Shown here one piece after another: positions 56,988-64,000 of a stretch of 64,000 nucleotides of DNA. The stretch is taken from NCBI GenBank assembly GCA_963793865.1, contig CAWCBP010000008.1:608001-672000 (forward strand), in the 5' to 3' direction. The DNA is from an uncultured delta proteobacterium. Lineage in GTDB: Bacteria > Desulfobacterota > WTBG01. Made by a program: the position numbers and the translations under genes. How positions within the stretch are numbered: position 1 is the stretch's first letter; every line of letters starts with the position of its first letter. The notes beneath the pieces are model-generated. The model was not told the origin of the DNA. It saw only the letters and a program-made list of their open reading frames with translations, and ran no database searches.

Positions 56988-57243
56988 TGGTAAAGGCTGT
57001 TGCCCGTGCTGAAAGAAATCAAATAAATTTAATGAGATATGCCTCAACAGCCGAACAATAACCGGAAGGGAAGAACGGGCGATTGACATTTAACGCAATC
57101 TGCAGTGACAAAATTTGCTATCGGGACGGAGGTGTGTTGAGGGAAGAACGGGCAGACACTACTTCTCTCTTTACATCATGGTGAGATTAAATTATTCTTG
57201 AAATATTCTTGCGCACGTAACACTGATACAGGAGGAGGCGAAC

Positions 57244-58248
57244 ATGCCGCGGGGTGATCAGCTTGCCAGACAGTGGGGTGTTTTAAACCTGGTGGAGGCC
57301 CACCATTACGGGATCACTATCGAGTCGCTGGCGGAGGAGACAGGCTGCCACGCGAGAACGGTGCGGAGGGACCTTGCCGCCCTGGAGCGGTCGGGATTTC
57401 CGCTCTATTCGGAAGATCTTGACGGCGAGGTGCGCTGGAAGCTGCTCGATGCGTTCAAGAACGCGCCCCACGTCCCGTTTACCATTACTGAGATCCTGTC
57501 CCTGTACTTCAGCCGCGATCTGCTGAAGGTGCTCAAAGGGACGCCTTTTTACGAATCCATCGAAGCCGTCCTGGATAAAATCAGGAAAACCGTGGCACCC
57601 AAAGCCCTGGAGCACCTGGAGAAGCTCGAGCACTCCCTGTACGCGGCCCAGCGGAAGCAGAAGGACTATGGCCGGTACAAGGGGCTGCTGGACCGGCTGA
57701 TGGCTGCAACCGCGGACGGCAAAACGGTGGAGATCACCTATCACACCATGCATTCGGATAAGATCACCGTCAGGAAGATCGACCCCTACAAAATCTGGTA
57801 CTATGAGAACACCTTTTTTCTCATCGGCAGGTGCCACCGCCACAACGAGGTGAGGATGTTCGTGGTGGAGCGCATTAAGGCGATGAAGGTGCTCAGCGAG
57901 GGATTCAGCGTGCCCCCGGACTTTTCCATCGAGAAATACGTGCGGGAAAGCTTCGGCGTCATGCACGGCGACAAGGTGACCGTCGTTGTCCGGTTTGACA
58001 GGGAGGTGGCGGGCTATATCAGGGAGAAGGTGTGGCATCCCAGCCAGAAGATCAGGGACAACCGGGACGGTAGCATTACCGTCACCCTGACCGTTTCCGG
58101 CACCGCCGAGGTAAAGCACTGGGCAATGAGCTACGGGCAGCATGCAACAATCCGGGAGCCCGCATCCTTAAGGAATGAAATCAAAAAAGACCTTTCCCTT
58201 GCACTCAAAAATTACCAGCCTGAACGGATTAAGAAGCCGCGGAGGTGA
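57244..58248 (+). CDS. HTH-WYL-WCX transcriptional regulator (PafB/YafY-like)
   Basis: LA...GC..RTVRRDL..L...GFP HTH; ITY......RKIDPY......FLIG.C......RMF.VERI WYL; WHPSQ..W..SYG....EP.SLR WCX; AGGAGG RBS. Confidence 0.93.
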   Translation: MPRGDQLARQWGVLNLVEAHHYGITIESLAEETGCHARTVRRDLAALERSGFPLYSEDLDGEVRWKLLDAFKNAPHVPFTITEILSLYFSRDLLKVLKGTPFYESIEAVLDKIRKTVAPKALEHLEKLEHSLYAAQRKQKDYGRYKGLLDRLMAATADGKTVEITYHTMHSDKITVRKIDPYKIWYYENTFFLIGRCHRHNEVRMFVVERIKAMKVLSEGFSVPPDFSIEKYVRESFGVMHGDKVTVVVRFDREVAGYIREKVWHPSQKIRDNRDGSITVTLTVSGTAEVKHWAMSYGQHATIREPASLRNEIKKDLSLALKNYQPERIKKPRR

Positions 58249-58257
58249 ACGACCCCT

Positions 58258-61005
58258 ATGCGCTCAGTAACCTGCCCGTGGGCGAGAACGGTGAGCGAGG
58301 TGCTCCAGGAAGCGAACCTGAGTCTTAATGGCTTAACGGAACCCCAGGCGGAGCGCTCTCTGGCAGAGTCCGGGCCGAATGCCCTCACCGTGAGAGACCA
58401 TGAGCCGTGGTACATGCTTTTTCTCCACCAGTTTGCCAATCCCCTGGTATACATGCTCATCGGTGCGGCGGGCGTCAAGGCCTATTTCAAGGGGCCTGTG
58501 GATGCAGCCGTCATAAGCGCTGTGCTGCTGTTCATGGCAGTCATAGGCTTTGTGCAGGAGATGAAGGCGCGAAAGGCCATGGCAGCGCTCCTTACCCTCA
58601 GCGCACCCAAGGCCAAGATTCGCCGCGAGGGCAGGACGAGTCTCATAGATGCAGCACAGGTGGTGCCGGGGGACATACTGGTGCTTGAGGCCGGGGACCG
58701 GGTCGCTGCTGACGCACGCTTGCTGGAACTCGCCAATCTCAAGATAAACGAATCCACCTTCAGCGGCGAGTCGCTGCCGGTTGATAAAGATGTCCATGCC
58801 GTCGCAGCTGATGCGCCGCTCCACGACCGTAAAAATATGGTCTTCACAGGCACCACGGTGAGCCATGGGCGCGCCCTGGCTGTTGTCACGGCAACCGGCA
58901 TGAGGACTGAAATCGGCCGCATCGCCACCGCCATGAGCGGTGTGAAGAAGGAAAAAACACCTCTTGAAAAAAGCATCGAGCAACTGGGCCGCTCGCTGAT
59001 ATGGATTGTGACCGGTGCCTGTATTATACTGTCAGTCGCAGCCCTCTTGCACAGCATGGACTGGGTGGATGTGATGCTGCTGGCAGTGGCAGCGGCAGTG
59101 TCGGGGATTCCCGAGGGCCTTCCCGCTGCGGTTACCGTTGTCCTGGCCATCTGCGTCAACCGCATGGCTATGCGCAATGTTCTCATCCGCAAGCTTGCGG
59201 CAGTGGAGACGTTAGGTGCCACAACCATTATCTGCTCCGACAAGACCGGCACCTTAACGCTCAACCAGATGACCGTGCGCAACGTCTGGGCCGGGAAGCG
59301 GCTGTTGGAGGTTACCGGTGCCGGCTATGAACCAGCGGGCGAATTCAGGCATAACGGTATCCCTGTTAATGCCGGTGATGATGATATCCTGATGCGCCTT
59401 CTGCGCGTTGCTGCGCTTTGCAACGATGCCCTTCTATCCGACACCTCGGCGGGATGGGGCATAATCGGTGATCCCACCGAAGGTGCATTGCTTACCCTGG
59501 CTGCCAAGGCAGGTCTGTGCAAGGGTGAGCTCGATGAACAGCAGCCGCGTCTGGGCGAGGTACCCTTTGAAAGCGCAAAACAGTACATGGCAACGCTTCA
59601 TGCAGAAAAAGGCCGGCGTACGGCGTACCTCAAAGGGTCCCTCGAAAAGCTTCTCCCCATGTGCGGCAGCTTTCAGGCCCCCCAGGGAGAAATCCCCCTT
59701 GATGCTGCGGCCCGACAGGCTGTCATAGAAGCGGGCAATTCGATGGCACGTGAGGCGTTACGGGTTCTCGCCTTTGCGGCTGCGCCGTATCCTCTTGAAC
59801 TGGGCAATCTCGATCCGGGCAAGCTGGCTGGTGGTTTTGTATTGTTGGGCCTGGTGGGCATGATTGATCCGCCCCGTGACGAGGCCCGGCGTTCCATCCA
59901 GGCCTGCAAGCGTGCCGGCATACGTGTCGCCATGATTACCGGTGACAACCCCGTCACCGCATCGGCTATCGGTGCCCAGCTCGGCATATGCCGGCCTGGG
60001 GAAACCGCTCTGGTGGGCCGGGAGATTGACGCCATGGATGATGAACAGCTGCATCTGAGCTGCCGCAGCCGTAATGTCTATGCCCGCATCGAACCGCTGC
60101 ACAAGCTTCGCATCGTCAACGTATTCAAGCGGGACGGCCACATCACCGCCATGACCGGCGACGGGGTGAATGACGCACCTGCTCTTGAAGCCGCCAGCAT
60201 CGGTGTGGCCATGGGCATCACCGGAACCGACGTTGCGAAGGAAGCCGCGGACATGGTATTGGCGGATGATAATTTTGCTTCCATAGTCGGGGCGGTCGAA
60301 GAGGGGCGGATCATATTCAACCGCCTGCGCAATGCGACCTTTTTCCTGCTCATGACCTGCTGTGCGGAACTGATGACCCTGTTTTTAAGTGTTGCGTTTT
60401 ACGGAGAATCGCCCCTCGAGCCCATCCAGATACTCTGGATCAACCTGGTAACGGGGGCTATGGTGGCCATTCCGCTGGGTATGGAGCCCGGAAGCGGCGA
60501 TGAGCTCAGTGAGCCGCCGCGGGATGCTCGCGTGGGGCTGCTCTACCCGGGAATGCTGCTGCGCATCGGTCTCATTGGACTCTGCATGAGCCTGCCTATA
60601 ACCTGGATATTCCACCACGCACCGCTTCCCGCCGGGTTGGACGATGTTGGTGTGCACGAGGTGCGACAAACCGTGGCCTTCACAGCCATCGTGGTATTTG
60701 AATGGTTCTTTGCCTTCCACGCGCGATCAGCAGACAAAGGGATCCTTGCGATCGGGCTCTTTCGCAACCCGTGGCTGATACGCTCCATGCTGACAGGCCT
60801 TGCCCTGCAGATGGCGGTTGTGTACCTGCCTGCGGCCAACCGCATATTTCATACCCGTCCGCTGACCGGGGTGGAATTGCTCTGGACCCTCCTCCCGGCG
60901 GTCACGGTCGTGGTGCTGGAAAGCTTGCGCAAGCGAGTCGTGCCGCAGCTCTTCAGCTCAGGCCAGTGGAGATTTTCGGGGCGGCTCAGTGATGGGCGGA
61001 CATGA
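58258..61005 (+). CDS. P-type ATPase, P2A-like cation transporter
   Basis: SGES, PEGLP, ICSDKTGT, GDPTE, KGS.E, DPPR, MITGD, TGDGVNDAPAL, QILWINL. Confidence 0.93.
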   Translation: MRSVTCPWARTVSEVLQEANLSLNGLTEPQAERSLAESGPNALTVRDHEPWYMLFLHQFANPLVYMLIGAAGVKAYFKGPVDAAVISAVLLFMAVIGFVQEMKARKAMAALLTLSAPKAKIRREGRTSLIDAAQVVPGDILVLEAGDRVAADARLLELANLKINESTFSGESLPVDKDVHAVAADAPLHDRKNMVFTGTTVSHGRALAVVTATGMRTEIGRIATAMSGVKKEKTPLEKSIEQLGRSLIWIVTGACIILSVAALLHSMDWVDVMLLAVAAAVSGIPEGLPAAVTVVLAICVNRMAMRNVLIRKLAAVETLGATTIICSDKTGTLTLNQMTVRNVWAGKRLLEVTGAGYEPAGEFRHNGIPVNAGDDDILMRLLRVAALCNDALLSDTSAGWGIIGDPTEGALLTLAAKAGLCKGELDEQQPRLGEVPFESAKQYMATLHAEKGRRTAYLKGSLEKLLPMCGSFQAPQGEIPLDAAARQAVIEAGNSMAREALRVLAFAAAPYPLELGNLDPGKLAGGFVLLGLVGMIDPPRDEARRSIQACKRAGIRVAMITGDNPVTASAIGAQLGICRPGETALVGREIDAMDDEQLHLSCRSRNVYARIEPLHKLRIVNVFKRDGHITAMTGDGVNDAPALEAASIGVAMGITGTDVAKEAADMVLADDNFASIVGAVEEGRIIFNRLRNATFFLLMTCCAELMTLFLSVAFYGESPLEPIQILWINLVTGAMVAIPLGMEPGSGDELSEPPRDARVGLLYPGMLLRIGLIGLCMSLPITWIFHHAPLPAGLDDVGVHEVRQTVAFTAIVVFEWFFAFHARSADKGILAIGLFRNPWLIRSMLTGLALQMAVVYLPAANRIFHTRPLTGVELLWTLLPAVTVVVLESLRKRVVPQLFSSGQWRFSGRLSDGRT

Positions 61006-61029
61006 GACGCAAGAGCGTGCCGGCATCGG

Positions 61030-62238
61030 CTACCTGCTGTCATGCTCGACCGCAGTAACCAGACGGTTAAAAAAATCCGGAATGGCCGAGGTTACCCGTG
61101 ACCAGTTGGGTATCTGAGGCGCTCCAAGAGGATCCTGCTCAAATGCTTCACATGCAGTTTCTATTCCCTTAACAAAGGTTTCCACCGACACTGCCTCCTG
61201 GTGCCGGTCGAATTGCAGCCCGTCGATCTCGCTGTCATGGCTGTATTTGGCAATAAAATCCTGGGCGGTCCTCAGATACGTTGCCTTCAATGTTTTGATC
61301 CAGCCCGAGTGAAAATAAATGCCCATGCTGGCCATGGTTCTGAAAATGGTTTTGCCGATATCAATGGACATTTTGTTGAGCCCGGTGGTTTGGTCATTCT
61401 CTGAAAGAGGCTGGTGCTTGTGCTCGTAAAAGTCGGTAATCTCCACCTGGCAGATCCTTCGCAAGGAACAGTTCCGGTACACCTCGGCAAGCACCCCCAC
61501 TTCCAAACCCCAGTCTCCGGGGATCCGGTTTATCCGGGCAAGGTCGGCACGCATGGAGAACTCCCCCGCCAGGATGTAGCGGAAGGAGTCGAGGTATTCC
61601 AGAAAATTATGAAAGCCGAACATCTTTTTCAGGGCGCGGATCAGGGGGGTTACAAAGAGGCGGGTCACCCTGCCATGAAGCCGGTCAGTCACCCGGGCGT
61701 AGTAGCCCTTGCAGAACTCATAATCAAGATTGGGGTTGGCCACCGGATAGCACAGGCGCGCCAGTAACTCCCGGTCATAGTTGACAATGTCGCAATCGTG
61801 AAGGGCAATCACATCGCTTTGACCCCCCGCTAATATATATCCGTATGCCATCCAGGCCGATCGACCTTTACCGTCTCCTCCGGCTGATACCCCCTGTTGA
61901 TCCAGGCAATGGTAGAGCTCCTGCATGTTGTCACCGTCATTCCAGATTATGGAAACCGGCATGGGAAGAGAGGAGAACATCTCTTTGGCTTCGGCCAAAC
62001 CTTTTTTATCGGCCCGCGCCAGCGTCAGGACAACCTCGTTTAAATATTTTACCTGGGAGATGTTTGCCAGGATGTTCCTGATGGGTGCTGCCTTTAAATC
62101 CTGGTAGAGGGCCGGAAGCACCAGGGCGATGGGGCGGCTTTTTGCAAACCCCTCCAGTTCTTTCTCCAGCCGTTCTGCATTCCCGGGCTTCAGCCGGTGA
62201 AGATTGGTTATTTCCCCGTTCTGAAAAAAATCCGCCAT
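61030..62238 (-). CDS. gpgS: Glucosyl-3-phosphoglycerate synthase (long type)
   Basis: MADFFQNG.IT.LH, GKGR..W, HDCDI, FCKGYY.R, GRVTRL, Y.LAGEF, WGLE.G, Y.HKHQ. Confidence 0.82.
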   Translation of the reverse strand: MADFFQNGEITNLHRLKPGNAERLEKELEGFAKSRPIALVLPALYQDLKAAPIRNILANISQVKYLNEVVLTLARADKKGLAEAKEMFSSLPMPVSIIWNDGDNMQELYHCLDQQGVSAGGDGKGRSAWMAYGYILAGGQSDVIALHDCDIVNYDRELLARLCYPVANPNLDYEFCKGYYARVTDRLHGRVTRLFVTPLIRALKKMFGFHNFLEYLDSFRYILAGEFSMRADLARINRIPGDWGLEVGVLAEVYRNCSLRRICQVEITDFYEHKHQPLSENDQTTGLNKMSIDIGKTIFRTMASMGIYFHSGWIKTLKATYLRTAQDFIAKYSHDSEIDGLQFDRHQEAVSVETFVKGIETACEAFEQDPLGAPQIPNWSRVTSAIPDFFNRLVTAVEHDSR

Positions 62239-62269
62239 GCCGCACCTCCTTCCGGTATCTTCATACTAA

Positions 62270-62358
62270 CAGGCTGTTGAAAAAGTAATATCCTCAGGCT
62301 GTTGAAAAGCCCCTCCCCCTTTGAGCCACGAAGCAGATGGGCGTTTTTCAACAGCCTG
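62270..62358. mobile_element. Minimal member of the CAGGCTGTTGAAAAA MITE family
   Basis: CAGGCTGTTGAAAAA twice, AAAGCCCCTCCCCCTTTGAGCCAC core and terminal TTTTTCAACAGCCTG; its reverse complement matches the ends of 20505-20838. Confidence 0.75.
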
Positions 62359-62367
62359 ATAAATAAT

Positions 62368-63648
62368 TCAGGCCTGCTGCGTGTGGCCGGTGAATGCACT
62401 GTTTTCGTTTTTCTTCCTGTCCCAGATGCTGACCAGGTAGTCCTTGTTCTCTTCAAATTCAATTGCCTGTTCCTCCACCAGTTTTTCAGCTTCGAAGGAG
62501 GACATGTCCCTGGTTTGTTTGATAAAGGAAGCGATACGGCCATAATAAAGAGGGGTGATAATTTCCACCAGCTTCTGCCGGTTGTGGGGCCAGGAGTGAT
62601 AGGTAGCCGCCATTTCATACAGCAGGCAGACCCAGACGTACATGGAGAGGGAAAATTTCCTGTCGGAAAGCTTCCGGACTGATTCCAGCTCCCTGGCACA
62701 ATCTTCCGAGAGGACCTCGCGGTACAGGGGTCCGAACTGCTTTATACCCAAGCGGCATCTCTCAATCAACCCCTCCACATTCACCTTTATCGGCTCGGGT
62801 TCAATCAGCATTTCGGGTCCGAAGGTGTCTACCACCGAACTTCCCTTCACCTTTTTCCAGTAGGTTTCATTTTGTTCCATGAGCACAAACAGGGTGCCGA
62901 GCACCTGGCGAAACATCGGTCCCAGGCTTTCCGAGGGGTCCTTGGCGTCGTGGACTTTGACCCCCAGCCTGGCCTGGCAGAGCTTGCAGCCTTTGGTGAT
63001 CGCCAGGGTGGTCATCCAGATGTCGATGCCGAAACGGGCGACATCAGTCTGCCAGACATCCTGATCGATGTACGCTTCAGCCATGTCCCGGGAAAAGGCA
63101 AAGTCGCCGCCGATGGGCTGCCGGATTCTTTTCCCGTACAGGGCCCGGGTGAGGCTGTACACAATATTATTGGTAATGGTCCCGTCATATTTATAGCGGG
63201 TGTACACCGGCGCCACAAACTCGTATCCCCCTTCAAAGACCGGGTCGATGAGATACTTTATCCAGTCGGAGGTAATGCTTCGCAAGTCCGAGTCAATTAC
63301 CGCGCAGGCCCTCACCTGGAGTCTTTTGGCGGCCTCAAAAATGGAGCGCAGGGCCGAGCCTTTTCCCGCCGGCCCCCGGTAGATGGAGACAATCTTTTCC
63401 TGCCAGGGCTTGATCTCGAATTCTCTTGCCGCCTCGCGGGTGTCATCGGTTGATCCCCCGTCCGCGATGAGGATCACGCATTTCCGGTCGCGGAAATGAT
63501 GATGGAGACCATGGCTTACCATTTGAATTACGTGGGTTATGGTTTTCTCATTGTTGTAGCAGGGAATGCCCACCAGGATGTCGGCCCTCTCGAGTTCCTC
63601 AATCCGCTTGCTGGTATATGGCCGTAAGGCGGTAAAATAATCCATCAT
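62368..63648 (-). CDS. Single-step glucosylglycerate/mannosylglycerate synthase-like glycosyltransferase
   Basis: VGIP.YNN..TI, DGGS.D.T, GKGSA, DSDLRSI..W, P.Y.R.KYDGTITN, RQPIGGDF, FGIDIWMT, K.HD.K. Confidence 0.8.
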   Translation of the reverse strand: MMDYFTALRPYTSKRIEELERADILVGIPCYNNEKTITHVIQMVSHGLHHHFRDRKCVILIADGGSTDDTREAAREFEIKPWQEKIVSIYRGPAGKGSALRSIFEAAKRLQVRACAVIDSDLRSITSDWIKYLIDPVFEGGYEFVAPVYTRYKYDGTITNNIVYSLTRALYGKRIRQPIGGDFAFSRDMAEAYIDQDVWQTDVARFGIDIWMTTLAITKGCKLCQARLGVKVHDAKDPSESLGPMFRQVLGTLFVLMEQNETYWKKVKGSSVVDTFGPEMLIEPEPIKVNVEGLIERCRLGIKQFGPLYREVLSEDCARELESVRKLSDRKFSLSMYVWVCLLYEMAATYHSWPHNRQKLVEIITPLYYGRIASFIKQTRDMSSFEAEKLVEEQAIEFEENKDYLVSIWDRKKNENSAFTGHTQQA

Positions 63649-63704
63649 CGATCTCCTGATCCGCGCTTAATTATGAAAAAGTCGCGGACTGATGCGTCTC
63701 GCCA

Positions 63705-63733
63705 TTGACTTCAGGGTGTCTGTATACTATATT
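63705..63733 (+). promoter_or_regulatory. sigma70-like promoter for glycerate kinase
   Basis: TTGACT-17 bp-TATATT. Confidence 0.5.
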
Positions 63734-63780
63734 GCTTTTCGCTTTCATGCAACCCCCTCCGCCGGATGATGCATACCGCC

Positions 63781-64000
63781 ATGCAATCTCATGCTCAGCA
63801 GGAAACGGCTGAACGCATATTCAAGGCCGCACTGGCGTCGGCGGATCCCCGCCATGCGGTGCAGCGGCACCACCATAAAATTTCAGATGTCCTGCAAGAG
63901 GGACGGTACCGCTCATTGCTCGTCGCCGGGTTCGGCAAGGCCGCCTGTGCCATGGCTGCTGCCATGGAAGAGCAATTCGGGGACAGCATCGACCGGGGCG
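63781..64000 (+). CDS. Glycerate kinase type 2 (DUF4147/MOFRL), 5' part (runs off window end)
   Basis: Not in ORF track. Manual translation MQSHAQQETAERIFKAALASADPRHAV...LLVAGFGKAACAMAAAMEE; IF..A....DP and G.GKAA..MA are family motifs. Confidence 0.85.
   Translation, partial: MQSHAQQETAERIFKAALASADPRHAVQRHHHKISDVLQEGRYRSLLVAGFGKAACAMAAAMEEQFGDSIDRG

Noticed and set aside
57244..58248. WYL gene as marker of a defence island
   Set aside because: No nuclease, helicase, methylase, BREX, CBASS or cas genes nearby; neighbours are metabolic or transport genes.
1..64000. tRNA/rRNA genes, prophage, integrase, long antisense ORFs (e.g. 8776-9888, 22592-23806, 25737-26708, 54095-55003)
   Set aside because: No T-loop/cloverleaf or rRNA signatures, or recombinase motifs, noticed by eye; the long antisense ORFs are GC-driven shadows of well-supported genes.

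Overview
64-kb chromosomal window from a moderately GC-rich anaerobe, most likely a Desulfobacterota/deltaproteobacterial genome or MAG (inferred from gene content and intergenic repeat families). Main blocks, in order: partial mtgA; MacAB-like ABC exporter; orphan multi-PAS histidine kinase; archaeal-type LeuCD; menG plus a near-complete futalosine menaquinone cluster (MTAN/MqnB-like, mqnD, ubiD, mqnP, mqnE, mqnA, mqnC) next to a U32/UbiV-like Fe-S protein; GT2/flippase/epimerase; RNase II divergent from archease-rtcB; orphan flgM; a YchF paralogue with degenerate NTPase motifs, preceded by a promoter-plus-terminator short RNA; a cobalamin-riboswitch-controlled hemA-to-cbiET operon; a WYL regulator coupled to a P2A-like ATPase lacking two Ca2+ ligands; a glucosylglycerate cluster. 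Scattered through the window are four paralogues of an unusual GGR/FixC-like flavoprotein subfamily and two small REP-flanked toxin-antitoxin cassettes. Intergenic DNA is packed with REP/MITE/heptamer repeats, including a nested element carrying a structured ~200-nt cargo. Single-base indels (densest at 7.0-10.1 kb) look like sequencing errors. No CRISPR, rRNA, tRNA, integrase or transposase was seen. All calls come from motif reading by eye; no searches were run.
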